Origin: Asaia bogorensis
Lineage (GTDB): Bacteria > Pseudomonadota > Gammaproteobacteria > Burkholderiales > Burkholderiaceae_C
Length of the DNA: 64,000 bases
NCBI GenBank assembly: GCA_943371375.1
Contig: CALRUM020000008.1
Span: 9,164 to 73,163 of the forward strand
Direction: 5' to 3'
The position numbers and the translations under genes are program-made. Positions within the stretch are counted from its first letter, which is position 1. Every line of letters begins with the position of its first letter. This document shows, in pieces, positions 47,865-58,786 of this stretch. The notes beneath the pieces were generated by a model. It was not told the origin of the DNA. It searched no databases and worked only from the letters and a program-made list of their open reading frames with translations.

Positions 47865-48368
47865 TCAAGCGCCGGCATAGGCTTCCAGACCGAGCGCCAC
47901 CACGGTCGCCACGTCGGTGCCGACAGCCTGGCGGAACTCGGCCTCCGCCTGGGCCACGGCTGCGCGAAAGGCCTGCAGCCAGTCCAGGCCGGACGCGGTG
48001 AACAGCACCACGCGGGCGCGTTTGTCGTGGGGGTCGGGCTCGCGCGTGACCAGGCCCCAGGCCTCGCACTGGTCCACCAGGTCGCCCATGGCCTGCTTGC
48101 TCATGCCGGCGCTTTGCGCCAGGTCGGTCAGGCGCGAGCCGCCCACCGCCAGATGCCGCGTGATGTGGATGTGTGCCGCGCCCACCTGCGCGCGCGCGGC
48201 CAGGTTGGCCAGCGCCAGCGGGACGTCCACATTGCGCGCCATCAGTACCAGCACGCGTTCATCAAAACGCCGCAAAGCGTGTCCGAGCAGGCGGCCCAGG
48301 TGTGTGAGACGCCAGTTTTCCTCGTCGGCGGGCGTGCTGCCGGGTGAGGCGACAGGGGCGGAATCCAT
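47865..48368 (-). CDS. MarR-family transcriptional regulator
   Basis: SRLTDLAQSAGMSKQAMGDLVDQCEAWGLVTREPDPHDKRARVVLFT. Confidence 0.88.
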   Translation of the reverse strand: MDSAPVASPGSTPADEENWRLTHLGRLLGHALRRFDERVLVLMARNVDVPLALANLAARAQVGAAHIHITRHLAVGGSRLTDLAQSAGMSKQAMGDLVDQCEAWGLVTREPDPHDKRARVVLFTASGLDWLQAFRAAVAQAEAEFRQAVGTDVATVVALGLEAYAGA

Positions 48369-48446
48369 GGGGGCATGATAAGTCCAATTGATCAGGCAAA
48401 CTGACTAAAAATAGGGTTTACTTATTTATATGCTGCTCATAAAGTA

Positions 48447-48462
48447 CTGGTCATGTACCCAG
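48447..48462. promoter_or_regulatory. LexA (SOS) box 1 upstream of recA
   Basis: CTGGTCATGTACCCAG = CTG-N10-CAG, flanked by TA on each side. Confidence 0.7.
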
Positions 48463-48464
48463 TA

Positions 48465-48480
48465 CTGTGATTAAAAGCAG
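48465..48480. promoter_or_regulatory. LexA (SOS) box 2 upstream of recA
   Basis: CTGTGATTAAAAGCAG = CTG-N10-CAG with AT-rich spacer. Confidence 0.7.
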
Positions 48481-48532
48481 AGCTGAAATTCGAAGCCAAA
48501 AGTTTTCCCTACTGACATTCAAGGAGTTTTCC

Positions 48533-49657
48533 ATGGACATGCCGAACAAAAGCAACCCCGCCCTGAACACCGAAAAAGCCAAAGCCCTGCAGGCCGCGCT
48601 GGCCCAGATCGAAAAACAGTTCGGCAAAGGCACCATCATGAAACTGGGTGCGGGCGAAGTGATCGAGGACATCCAGGTGGTCTCCACCGGCTCGCTGGGT
48701 CTGGACATCGCGCTCGGCGTAGGCGGCCTGCCGCGCGGCCGCGTGGTGGAGATCTACGGCCCGGAATCGTCCGGCAAAACCAAGCTGACCCTGCAGGTGA
48801 TTGCCGAAATGCAGAAACTCGGCGGCACCTGCGCGTTTGTCGATGCCGAACACGCGCTGGACATCCAGTACGCGCAAAAACTCGGCGTGAACCTGCAGGA
48901 CCTCTTGATCAGCCAGCCCGACACCGGCGAGCAAGCGCTGGAAATTGTCGATTCGCTGACCCGCTCCGGCGCGGTGGATTTGATCGTGATCGACTCGGTG
49001 GCGGCGCTGACACCCAAGGCCGAGCTTGAAGGCGAAATGGGCGACTCGCTGCCCGGCCTGCAGGCCCGCCTGATGAGCCAGGCCCTGCGCAAGCTGACGG
49101 CCCACATCAAGAAGGCCAACTGCATGGTCATCTTCATCAACCAGATCCGCATGAAGATCGGCGTGATGTTCGGCAGCCCCGAAACCACCACCGGCGGCAA
49201 TGCGCTGAAGTTCTACGCCTCGGTGCGCCTGGACATCCGCCGCATCGGCTCGATCAAGAAGGGTGAAGAGGTGGTCGGCAACGAAACCCGCGTCAAGGTG
49301 GTCAAGAACAAGGTCGCCTCACCGTTCAAGATGGCGGAGTTCGACATCCTCTACGGCGAGGGCATCAGCCGGCTCGGCGAGGTGCTGGACCTCGGTGTGG
49401 CCGGCCACATCGTCGAAAAAGCCGGCGCCTGGTATGCCTTCAACGGCGAAAAAATTGGCCAGGGCCGCGACAACTCGCGCGAATTCCTGAAAGAAAACCC
49501 GGAGCTCGCGATGGAAATTGAAAACAAGGTGCGTGAGTCGCTGGGCATTCCGCTGATCCAGGAGGCTGTGGGCAACAAGCCGGAGAAGGCCGAGAAGGTG
49601 GAGAAGGCCGAAAAAGCCGAAAAAGCCGAAAAAACGCCGAAAGTTCTGGCCGTCTGA
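48533..49657 (+). CDS. recA: Recombinase RecA
   Basis: [59 protein letters not shown]; AAGGAG RBS. Confidence 0.98.
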   Translation: MDMPNKSNPALNTEKAKALQAALAQIEKQFGKGTIMKLGAGEVIEDIQVVSTGSLGLDIALGVGGLPRGRVVEIYGPESSGKTKLTLQVIAEMQKLGGTCAFVDAEHALDIQYAQKLGVNLQDLLISQPDTGEQALEIVDSLTRSGAVDLIVIDSVAALTPKAELEGEMGDSLPGLQARLMSQALRKLTAHIKKANCMVIFINQIRMKIGVMFGSPETTTGGNALKFYASVRLDIRRIGSIKKGEEVVGNETRVKVVKNKVASPFKMAEFDILYGEGISRLGEVLDLGVAGHIVEKAGAWYAFNGEKIGQGRDNSREFLKENPELAMEIENKVRESLGIPLIQEAVGNKPEKAEKVEKAEKAEKAEKTPKVLAV

Positions 49658-49680
49658 GGCTGCCAGCCCGGGGCGTGTGA

Positions 49681-49737
49681 ATCAAATCGGCCCCCAGACA
49701 ATATCCAGCAAGCATGAGCAGCTATCAAAACAATAGC
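49681..49737 (-). repeat. REP-like repeat family A, copy between recA and recX
   Basis: Head GCTATCAAAACAATAGC at 49721-49737 with body ATCAAATCGGCCCCCAGACAATATCCAGCAAGCATGAGCA. Confidence 0.8.
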
Positions 49738-49752
49738 GACCGGGGGCCGGGC

Positions 49753-50229
49753 ATGGGCCGGACGGCGGACCAGGCGCTGCCCGCGGCGGGCTTGGGCCTG
49801 TCGCTCAAGGGCCGGGCCCTGCGTTACCTGGCGGCGCGTGAACACTCACGCGCCGAACTCGAGCGCAAGCTCGCGACCCATGCCGAGTCGCCAGCGCAAC
49901 TGGCCCAGGTGCTCGACGAGCTGCAGGCCAAGGACTTCATCAGCGAGGCCCGGGTCGTCGAGTCGGTGCTCAACCGGCGCGCCGGGCGTTTTGGTGCGGC
50001 GCGTATCCGCCATGAGCTGCAGGGCAAGGGGCTGGCGCCAGAAGCGGTGGCCGAGGCTGTGAGCGGCCTGAAGCTCAGTGAAGTGGAGCGCGCACGCGAG
50101 GTCTGGCGCAAGAAATTTGGCGAACCGGCGGCAGACGCGGCTGCCCGCGGCAAACAGATGCGCTTTCTGGCGGCACGCGGTTTCGGGTCGGAGGCGATAC
50201 GGCGGGTGGTGTCGCAGACCGAAGATTGA
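49753..50229 (+). CDS. recX: Regulatory protein RecX
   Basis: ALRYLAAREHSRAELERKL, GAARIRHELQGKG, RFLAARGF; directly downstream of recA. Confidence 0.93.
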   Translation: MGRTADQALPAAGLGLSLKGRALRYLAAREHSRAELERKLATHAESPAQLAQVLDELQAKDFISEARVVESVLNRRAGRFGAARIRHELQGKGLAPEAVAEAVSGLKLSEVERAREVWRKKFGEPAADAAARGKQMRFLAARGFGSEAIRRVVSQTED

Positions 50230-50265
50230 CCCGCCCCTGTCCAGGCTCACTGCGTGTAGCCTGTT

Positions 50266-50321
50266 CCCCCCTCGAGGGGGCGGCGCCTGCGGTCTGGCTA
50301 AGCCAGTCCCGCGGCCCCTGC
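50266..50321 (-). repeat. GC-rich palindromic repeat family C, copy 2
   Basis: Reverse complement GCAGGGGCCGCGGGACTGGCTTAGCCAGACCGCAGGCGC; lies between convergent recX and argC. Confidence 0.7.
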
Positions 50322-50343
50322 TGGCGAAGAGGAGTGCGTGGGG

Positions 50344-51267
50344 CTACAAACCCAGCATCAACTCGAGGTTTTGCACGGCCGCGCCGGAAGCGCCTTTTCC
50401 AAGGTTGTCCAGCCGGGCGATCAGCACGGCATGGCGGAATTCCTCGTTGCCGAAGACCCGCAGTTCCATCTTGTTGGTACCGTTCAGGGCTTGGGCATCC
50501 AGCGTACCGCTGTCGCCGGCGGCCTCCACCGTGACCCATTGGCTGCCAGCGTAATGTTTCATCAGTGCCCCCAGCAGCTCTGTAGCAAGGGGCTTGCCTG
50601 GCAGCAGGTCCAGGTGCAGGGGGAGTTGTACGAGCATGCCCTGCTTGAAGTTGCCCACCGAAGGCGTGAATACCGGACGGCGCGTCAAGCCGGTGTATTT
50701 CATGATTTCCGGCAGGTGCTTGTGTTTCAGATTCAGTCCGTAGACCTCGTACAGGGGCGCCGTCCCGGCTTCGTGCGCCTCGATCATGCTCCGTCCACCG
50801 CCGGAGTAACCACTCACCGCTGGAATGGCCAGCGGGAAATCGACGGGTAACAGTCCGGCGTCTATCAGGGGGCGGATCAGGGCAATGGCGCCGGTGGAAT
50901 AACAGCCGGGGTTGGACACCCGGTCGGCACTGGCAATCGCCTCTTTTTGGCCGGCGGCCAATTCGGCAAAACCGAAAACCCAGCCTGGTGCGGTGCGGTG
51001 CGCGGTGGAGGCGTCGATGATCTTCGGGCCTTTTTTGCCGCTGGTACGCGCCAGGTCGTCGATCATGGCCACGGATTCGCGCGCCGCGTCATCGTGCAGG
51101 CACAGCACGACCAGATCGACCGTGCCCATCAATGCGCGCTTGGCGGCGGCATCCTTGCGCAGCTCGGGTGCAATGCTGACCAGTTCGATGGCGGGCATGG
51201 CTTGCAGGCGCTCGCGGATCTGCAGCCCCGTGGTTCCCGCTTCGCCATCTATAAACACCTTGGCCAT
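50344..51267 (-). CDS. argC: N-acetyl-gamma-glutamyl-phosphate reductase (type 2)
   Basis: [47 protein letters not shown]. Confidence 0.95.
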   Translation of the reverse strand: MAKVFIDGEAGTTGLQIRERLQAMPAIELVSIAPELRKDAAAKRALMGTVDLVVLCLHDDAARESVAMIDDLARTSGKKGPKIIDASTAHRTAPGWVFGFAELAAGQKEAIASADRVSNPGCYSTGAIALIRPLIDAGLLPVDFPLAIPAVSGYSGGGRSMIEAHEAGTAPLYEVYGLNLKHKHLPEIMKYTGLTRRPVFTPSVGNFKQGMLVQLPLHLDLLPGKPLATELLGALMKHYAGSQWVTVEAAGDSGTLDAQALNGTNKMELRVFGNEEFRHAVLIARLDNLGKGASGAAVQNLELMLGL

Positions 51268-51465
51268 GTGACATCGTCCTCTTGAGCAGCTTCCAAATGC
51301 GCTGTAAGTCACGCACAAGAATTGTGCATCGCAACATGATACAGTTCTGCGCTGCTGCGTGCAGTGACCGAAGGCGTTACATTTTGGTGAATTCGGCCGG
51401 ATGTTGCAGACAAACATCAGCTTGAGCGCCAGCGCCCCTTTTTACCGACTCCTGGAAGTAATTTC

Positions 51466-52626
<1,161 letters not shown>

Positions 52627-52642
52627 GCCCGGAGCCAAGAAC

Positions 52643-53536
52643 ATGTCCATCTACATCAACAAAAACACCAAAGTCATCACGCAGGGCATCACCGGCAAGA
52701 CCGGCCAGTTCCACACGCGCATGTGCCGCGACTACGCCAACGGCAAGGAGTGTTTTGTCGCCGGCGTGAACCCGAAAAAAGCCGGCGAAGACTTCGAAGG
52801 CATTCCGATTTTTGCCAATGTGACCGAGGCCGCCAAGGCCACCGGCGCCACGGTGTCGGTGATTTACGTGCCGCCAGCCGGCGCTGCCGCAGCGATCTGG
52901 GAGGCTGTGGAAGCCAACCTCGACCTGGCGATCTGCATCACCGAAGGCATCCCGGTCCGGGACATGCTGGAGGTGCGCAACCGCATGAAGGCCAAGGAAG
53001 CGGCCGGCGGCAAGAAAACCCTGCTGCTGGGCCCCAATTGCCCCGGCCTGATCACGCCGGAGGAAATCAAGATCGGCATCATGCCCGGCCACATCCACCG
53101 CAAGGGCCGCATCGGCGTGGTCAGCCGCTCCGGCACGCTGACTTATGAAGCCGTCGCGCAACTGACCGAAATCGGCCTGGGCCAGTCCAGTGCCGTGGGT
53201 ATTGGCGGTGACCCGATCAATGGCCTCAAGCACATCGACGTGATGCGTGCCTTCAACGACGACCCGGATACCGACGCCGTCATCATGATTGGCGAAATCG
53301 GCGGACCCGATGAAGCGGAAGCCGCCATGTGGTGCAAAGCCCACATGAAAAAACCGATTGTGGGTTTTATCGCCGGTGTGACCGCGCCGGCCGGCAAACG
53401 CATGGGCCATGCCGGTGCGCTGATCTCCGGCGGCGCCGACACGGCAGACGCCAAGCTGGAAATCATGGAAGCCTGCGGCTTTACCGTGACGCGCAACCCG
53501 TCGGAAATGGCCAAACTGCTCAAGGCTTTGCTGTAA
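52643..53536 (+). CDS. sucD: Succinyl-CoA synthetase alpha subunit
   Basis: [27 protein letters not shown] (phospho-His). Confidence 0.97.
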   Translation: MSIYINKNTKVITQGITGKTGQFHTRMCRDYANGKECFVAGVNPKKAGEDFEGIPIFANVTEAAKATGATVSVIYVPPAGAAAAIWEAVEANLDLAICITEGIPVRDMLEVRNRMKAKEAAGGKKTLLLGPNCPGLITPEEIKIGIMPGHIHRKGRIGVVSRSGTLTYEAVAQLTEIGLGQSSAVGIGGDPINGLKHIDVMRAFNDDPDTDAVIMIGEIGGPDEAEAAMWCKAHMKKPIVGFIAGVTAPAGKRMGHAGALISGGADTADAKLEIMEACGFTVTRNPSEMAKLLKALL

Positions 53537-53569
53537 ATCCCCTGGATATTGCGGTTAGCCACAACATAC

Positions 53570-53603
53570 AGACCGGTTGTCATCGCTGACAATCGGTCTT
53601 TTT
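53570..53603 (+). terminator. Intrinsic terminator after sucCD
   Basis: AGACCGGTTGTCA-TCGC-TGACAATCGGTCT stem (one G-U pair) followed by TTTT. Confidence 0.75.
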
Positions 53604-53623
53604 GATTTCTTCGAGAGGTTTCC

Positions 53624-54325
53624 ATGGAAGAGTTCATGACGGCAAGCTTCTGGCTTGCAGTGGGCCAGATCATCATGATCGACATCCTGCTGGGTGGCGA
53701 TAACGCGGTGGTGATTGCCCTGGCTTGCCGCAACCTGCCTCCCAAGCAGCGTACGCAGGGCATTATTTATGGAACCCTGGGCGCGATTGTGCTGCGGGTG
53801 ATCCTGATTGCCTTCGCTTTGGCCCTTCTGGCCGTTCCTTACCTCAAGATAGTCGGCGCCATTTTGCTGCTGTGGATTGGTGTCAAGCTGCTGCAGCCCG
53901 AAGGCGAGGACGCGCACAACATCAGCTCCAGCGACAAGCTCTGGGGTGCTGTCAAAACCGTGATCATTGCCGACCTGGTGATGAGCGTGGACAACGTGCT
54001 GGCGATTGCCGGTGCCGCGCAGGGCGCCGGTCAGCAGCATCAATTGCCGCTGGTGATTTTTGGTCTGCTCGTGAGCATTCCCATCATTGTCTGGGGCAGC
54101 CAGATCGTGCTCAAACTGATGGGCCGCTTCCCCATCATCATCACTGCGGGCGCCATGTTGCTGGGCTGGATTGCCGGCCAGATGGCTTATACCGACCCCG
54201 CGATCAAACCCTATCTGCCGGCATCTGCGGTCTGGAGCTACGCGGCGGCGGCGGCGGGTGCGCTGCTGGTGCTGGTGGCGGGCAAGGTGATGCAGGCGCG
54301 CCAGAAACCGGCTGACCCGGCCTGA
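53624..54325 (+). CDS. TerC-family (YjbE-like) membrane protein
   Basis: IDILLGGDNAVVIALACR and IIADLVMSVDNVLAIA motifs. Confidence 0.92.
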   Translation: MEEFMTASFWLAVGQIIMIDILLGGDNAVVIALACRNLPPKQRTQGIIYGTLGAIVLRVILIAFALALLAVPYLKIVGAILLLWIGVKLLQPEGEDAHNISSSDKLWGAVKTVIIADLVMSVDNVLAIAGAAQGAGQQHQLPLVIFGLLVSIPIIVWGSQIVLKLMGRFPIIITAGAMLLGWIAGQMAYTDPAIKPYLPASAVWSYAAAAAGALLVLVAGKVMQARQKPADPA

Positions 54326-54552
54326 GTGCCGCGGCCCGGCGTGTACCGCGGCGCTGGCGCCGTTGTTCACACGGGCATTTGCGGATCAAGCCACACTGGT
54401 TTGTGTAAAAGTCCCTTGTCCGGCTTGGAGCTGTCTGTTAATGTCCGCAGTCGAGGATTTGTAACTGGCCGGTAACGCTGGCGGGTGCAAGTGCGCACAA
54501 AAAATGCCGGCATGCGGGCGGACAGGTAGCAAACCAGGACAAAGGGCGGGAC

Positions 54553-57225
54553 GTGGCCACATCATCAAGTAAACGCGGGCAATTCTGGCGGGCAGACTGG
54601 TTTGTTGGCGTTCTTGTGGTGCTGGCAGTATTGGCGCTGCACAGTGCCAGTGATTTTTTTGCCACCCTGGAGCGCCGTTATTACGACTTTGCGAGCACCA
54701 GCACCTCGCGCCAGCCCTCTGACCGAATCGCCATCATTGCCATTGACGACCAGAGCATTGCCAACATAGGCCGCTGGCCCTGGCCGCGCGATGTGCACGC
54801 ACAGCTGATAGACCAGCTGGCCGCAGCCAAAGCCAAAACGATTGCACACACGGCCTTCTTTTTTGAGCCCCAAACCGACCGGGGGCTGGTGTTCATCCGG
54901 AAGATCAAGGAAGCCCTGGGCCCGGCAGGCGACCCGGCCTTGTCCCAGGGTGGGCTCAGCGATCAGCTCGGCAAGGTGATTGCAGATGCCGAGGTGGCGC
55001 TGGATACCGACGCCAAGCTGGCCGCCAGCATGGGCAAAGCCGGCAATGTGCTGGTTCCTTCCGTGTTTGTGCTGGGTGAGCCGCAGGGCAAGGCGGACAA
55101 TCCGCTGCCGGCCTACGCCCTGAAAAGCGCGGTCGAGGAGCCGGGCGGCTTTTCCCTGCCGGCCATTCGCGGACAGCAGCCGATTGAGATCATCGGCAGC
55201 AGCGCAGCGGGTGTTGCACACCTGAACCAGCTGACCGATGTGGACGGGGCGGTGCGTCAGGAGCCCCTGCTGATCAACTACTACGGCAAGGCGGTGCCCT
55301 CCATGGGGTTGCTGGCGGCCGCCAAAAGCCTGAACCTGTCGGCCGCCGATATCCGGCTCAACGGCGGTGAATCGGTCCAGCTTGGCAAGCTGCGTATCGC
55401 CACCGATGAATCTGCGTTGATGCTGCCCCAGTTCTACAAGGGCCGCGACGGCAAACCAGCCTTTGCGGTGGACTCCTTTTACGACGTGTTGACCGGAAAA
55501 ATTCCGGCCAGCAAGTACACCGACAAGATCGTGATCATAGGCGCCACGGCCGCAGGTGTCGGCACGCAGTTCCCGACGCCGGCCGGTGCCGGTCTGTCGC
55601 CGGCGGAGACCATTGCCCACATCACTTCGAGCATTCTGAGCGAGCACTTCATCGTCCAGCCCGCCTGGGGTATCTGGGCCATGCTGGTGGTTTTGCTGGT
55701 GGTGGCGGCCTATCTGATTGCCGGCCTGCCGCGCCTGTCTGCCGGCAAGGCGGCGGTGGTGACGCTGCTGATGTTTGTGCTGTTGCTGGTGCTGGAGTTC
55801 GGCCTGTTGTCGGCAGCGGCAACCTGGCTCAAGCTGGTATTTCCGGCCGCGCTGCTGGTGATAGGGCATCTGGCGCTGACCACCAAGCGCTTCCTCATGA
55901 CCGAGGCCGGAAAACTCAAGTCGGACGAGGAGTCGGCCGAAACCAACCGCATGATGGGTTTGGCCCTGCAAGGGCAGGGGCAGCTGGACATGGCGTTTGA
56001 CCGTTTTCGCCGCGTGCCTTTTACCGATGCGCTGATGGACAACATGAACAACCTGGCGCTCGATTTTGAGCGCAAGCGCCAGTTCAACAAGGCCCAGGCC
56101 GTGTATGAATACATGGCCACTTACAACAAGAACCACAAAGACCTTCAGTCCAAACTCAACCGCGCCAGGAACCTGTCTGAAACCGTCATTCTGGGTGGCG
56201 GTGGCGCACATCCGGGCGGGACCATGCTGCTCGACGGCGGCGGGGTTGAAAAGCCGATGCTCGGGCGCTATCAGGTCGAAAAAGAACTTGGCAAGGGTGC
56301 GATGGGCGTGGTCTATCTGGGTAAAGACCCGAAGATTGGGCGGGTGGTGGCGATCAAGACCATGGCCTTGAGCCAGGAGTTTGAAGGTGATGAGCTGACG
56401 GACGCCCGGGAACGGTTTTTCCGGGAAGCCGAAACCGCCGGGCGCCTGCAACACCAGAACATCGTGACCATTTTTGATGCCGGCGAGGAGCATGACCTGG
56501 CTTATATCGCCATGGAGTTTCTCAAGGGCAAGGATCTGGCAGATGTGACCAAAGACGGCCACTTGTTGCCCATTCCCAAGGTGTTGTCGATTGTGGCGCG
56601 TGTGGCCGAGGCGCTGGCTTACGCTCACAAGCAAAATGTGGTGCACCGGGACATCAAACCCGCCAATATCATGTACGACCCTGACAGTGACACCGTCAAA
56701 GTCACCGATTTCGGCATTGCGCGCATCACCGATTCGAGCAAAACCAAAACCGGCCTGGTGCTGGGCACGCCGAGTTTCATGTCGCCCGAGCAGATTGCCG
56801 GCAAAAAAGTGGATGGACGCTCTGACCTGTATTCGCTGGGCGTGATGCTGTTCCAGATGCTGGCGGGTGTATTGCCTTTCCGGGGCGACTCCATGGCCGA
56901 GTTGATGTACAAAATTGCCAACGAAGCCGGGCCTGATATCCGCATCATCCGGCCCGAGCTGCCGGCCAGGCTGGCTGAGATTGTGGCCTTGTCCATCGGC
57001 AAAAAACCGGAGACCCGCTACCAGGATGGCGACCAGTTTGCGGCGGACCTGCGGGCCGTTGTTGCGGCATGGGCTGCCGGCCCGGTGGCGGCGGCCGATG
57101 CCGGCACCCCGGCGCCTGGTGCCCCGCTTGCAGACTCTGAAAAGACAGTGGCATTTTCCACGGCCGGGCAGCCTTCATTTGAAAAAACAGTAGCCGCCCA
57201 GACCTCCACAGATTCAAAGCCATAA
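54553..57225 (+). CDS. CHASE2-domain membrane Ser/Thr protein kinase (Hanks type, RD class)
   Basis: CHASE2 IAIIAIDDQSIANIGRWPWPRDVHA...DVDGAVR; 3 TM helices; TPR-like segment; LGKGAMGVVY, VAIK, HRDIKPAN, DFG, GTPSFMSPE. Confidence 0.93.
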   Translation: MATSSSKRGQFWRADWFVGVLVVLAVLALHSASDFFATLERRYYDFASTSTSRQPSDRIAIIAIDDQSIANIGRWPWPRDVHAQLIDQLAAAKAKTIAHTAFFFEPQTDRGLVFIRKIKEALGPAGDPALSQGGLSDQLGKVIADAEVALDTDAKLAASMGKAGNVLVPSVFVLGEPQGKADNPLPAYALKSAVEEPGGFSLPAIRGQQPIEIIGSSAAGVAHLNQLTDVDGAVRQEPLLINYYGKAVPSMGLLAAAKSLNLSAADIRLNGGESVQLGKLRIATDESALMLPQFYKGRDGKPAFAVDSFYDVLTGKIPASKYTDKIVIIGATAAGVGTQFPTPAGAGLSPAETIAHITSSILSEHFIVQPAWGIWAMLVVLLVVAAYLIAGLPRLSAGKAAVVTLLMFVLLLVLEFGLLSAAATWLKLVFPAALLVIGHLALTTKRFLMTEAGKLKSDEESAETNRMMGLALQGQGQLDMAFDRFRRVPFTDALMDNMNNLALDFERKRQFNKAQAVYEYMATYNKNHKDLQSKLNRARNLSETVILGGGGAHPGGTMLLDGGGVEKPMLGRYQVEKELGKGAMGVVYLGKDPKIGRVVAIKTMALSQEFEGDELTDARERFFREAETAGRLQHQNIVTIFDAGEEHDLAYIAMEFLKGKDLADVTKDGHLLPIPKVLSIVARVAEALAYAHKQNVVHRDIKPANIMYDPDSDTVKVTDFGIARITDSSKTKTGLVLGTPSFMSPEQIAGKKVDGRSDLYSLGVMLFQMLAGVLPFRGDSMAELMYKIANEAGPDIRIIRPELPARLAEIVALSIGKKPETRYQDGDQFAADLRAVVAAWAAGPVAAADAGTPAPGAPLADSEKTVAFSTAGQPSFEKTVAAQTSTDSKP

Positions 57226-57235
57226 GAACAACACG

Positions 57236-58021
57236 ATGATTTACGAGATTTGCACCCAGACCGACCCTGGATTGGCGCGGGACAACAACGAAGACTCGGT
57301 GACCTTTGATGCCGCCACCCGGCTCTGCATACTGGCCGACGGAATGGGCGGCTACAACGCAGGCGAGATCGCCAGCGGCATGGCCACGGCTTTCATCAAA
57401 TCCGAGCTCGGACGCTGGCTGTCTCAGGCCGGTAGAAACGCCAACAGCAAGGAAGTCCGGCGCGCCATGGAGATTTGCGTGGAAAACGCCAATCATTCCA
57501 TTTTTAACGCCGCCAATTCCAATCCGCAGTATTCCGGCATGGGTACAACGCTGGTGGTCGGCGTCTTCCAGAACACGCGGCTGATGCTGGGCCATATCGG
57601 GGATTCGCGCTGTTATCGCTGGCGGGCGGGCCAGCTGCAGCAGATCACCAAGGACCACTCCCTGCTGCAAGAGCAGCTCGATGCCGGGCTGATTACCCCG
57701 GAGCAGGCCCTGACCTCCATGAACAAAAACCTGGTGACCCGGGCTTTGGGTGTGGAGGATGCAGTGTTGCTGGAAGTCAACGAACACCGTGTGGAGCTGG
57801 GCGATATTTACCTGATGTGCTCCGACGGCTTGTCGGACATGATCAGTGACGATGCGATTGCGGCTATTCTATTGGGCGCAAGGTCGCTCGATCAGACTGC
57901 CAGGGAACTGGTGATTGCTGCCAACGAGGGCGGCGGCAGGGACAATATTTCGGTTTTGCTGGCGCAGGCCGGTGAAGCTTCGGTCAAACGCGGGCTACTA
58001 TCGAGGATGTTGGGGAAGTAG
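57236..58021 (+). CDS. PP2C-family Ser/Thr phosphatase (Stp1/PrpC-like)
   Basis: RDNNED, ADGMGG, MGTT, HIGDSRCY, TKDHS, CSDGL, GGRDNIS. Confidence 0.93.
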   Translation: MIYEICTQTDPGLARDNNEDSVTFDAATRLCILADGMGGYNAGEIASGMATAFIKSELGRWLSQAGRNANSKEVRRAMEICVENANHSIFNAANSNPQYSGMGTTLVVGVFQNTRLMLGHIGDSRCYRWRAGQLQQITKDHSLLQEQLDAGLITPEQALTSMNKNLVTRALGVEDAVLLEVNEHRVELGDIYLMCSDGLSDMISDDAIAAILLGARSLDQTARELVIAANEGGGRDNISVLLAQAGEASVKRGLLSRMLGK

Positions 58022-58061
58022 CCGGAGCGCGTGCCCCATTAAAAATAGACAGGAGTCGGCC

Positions 58062-58724
58062 ATGCCGAAAATGATCGTCTCGATTGACGGTGTCGTGATC
58101 AAGGAGGTCCAGCTGACCAAGGACCGCACGTCTTTGGGACGCAGGCCTTATAACGACATTGTGATTGACAACCTCGCCGTCAGCGGAGAACACGCTGTTT
58201 TGCAGATGTCCGGCAATGAAGTCTTTGTGGAGGATCTGAACAGCACCAACGGTACCTACCTGAACGGCAAAGCGGTCAAAAAGCAGCAGCTCAGCAACGG
58301 TGACACCGTGGAGATCGGCAAGTACAAGATCAAGTACGTGAACGAGGCTGCAACGCCAGGCTTCGAAAAAACCATGATCATCAAGGCCGGCTCCGCCGGC
58401 TTGGTGGCCCCTGCCGCTGGCGCCGCAGCTGCGAGCGCCCCGGCACCTGCTCCGGGTACAGGCGGCGCTGCGGCGATCAAGGTCATGTCGGGCGCTGCGG
58501 CTGGCCGGGAGGTCGCGCTGGTCAAGGTGGTCACCACGATCGGCAAGCCGGGGGTGGCGGTGGCCGCCATTACCAAGCGGCCCCATGGTTTTGTGGTGGC
58601 GCACGTCGAGGGTGACAACAAACCCACGCTGAACGGCACGCCCATTGGCGTGGAGCCGGTCCCCCTGAAAAATGGTGATCTGCTGGAACTGGCGGGCACC
58701 CAGATGCAATTCGTGCAGCGCTGA
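58062..58724 (+). CDS. FHA-domain protein (canonical N-terminal FHA + degenerate C-terminal FHA-like domain)
   Basis: GRRPYNDIVIDNLAVSGEHA...DLNSTNGT canonical FHA; second unit TTIGKPG...TLNG...LKNGDLLELAG; AGGAG RBS. Confidence 0.9.
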   Translation: MPKMIVSIDGVVIKEVQLTKDRTSLGRRPYNDIVIDNLAVSGEHAVLQMSGNEVFVEDLNSTNGTYLNGKAVKKQQLSNGDTVEIGKYKIKYVNEAATPGFEKTMIIKAGSAGLVAPAAGAAAASAPAPAPGTGGAAAIKVMSGAAAGREVALVKVVTTIGKPGVAVAAITKRPHGFVVAHVEGDNKPTLNGTPIGVEPVPLKNGDLLELAGTQMQFVQR

Positions 58725-58786
58725 CCGGCTGGTTTCCCGCCCCCGGTCGGAAAGCACCCCGCAAGCGCGGCACTTCAAGAGGCCTT

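Noticed and set aside
49714-49752. N-terminal extension of RecX (MSSYQNNSDR...)
   Set aside because: The upstream ATG lies inside the family A repeat; similarity to RecX starts later, so 49753 or a later start is preferred.
51325-51365. TTGTGCATCGCAACA / TGC-N3-GCA motifs upstream of sucC as a PhaR-like operator
   Set aside because: Short, imperfect palindromes that are common by chance in GC-rich DNA; cannot be supported without comparative data.
51268-51417. 50-aa N-terminal extension of ArgC in the ORF track (similar extensions for modC, the GGDEF protein, ybbN, tsaC)
   Set aside because: Family similarity and RBS position favour the downstream starts; the extensions run through promoter DNA or neighbouring genes.
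53537-53623. yybP-ykoY (Mn2+) riboswitch ahead of the TerC-family gene
   Set aside because: The gap is only 87 bp, is largely occupied by the sucCD terminator, and shows no recognisable aptamer core.
54553-58724. Kinase/PP2C/FHA trio as a type VI secretion regulatory module (PpkA/PppA/Fha)
   Set aside because: No T6SS structural genes (tssB/C, hcp, vgrG, clpV, tssM) are in the window, and the neighbours are a cyclase, a PDE and a PilB-type ATPase.
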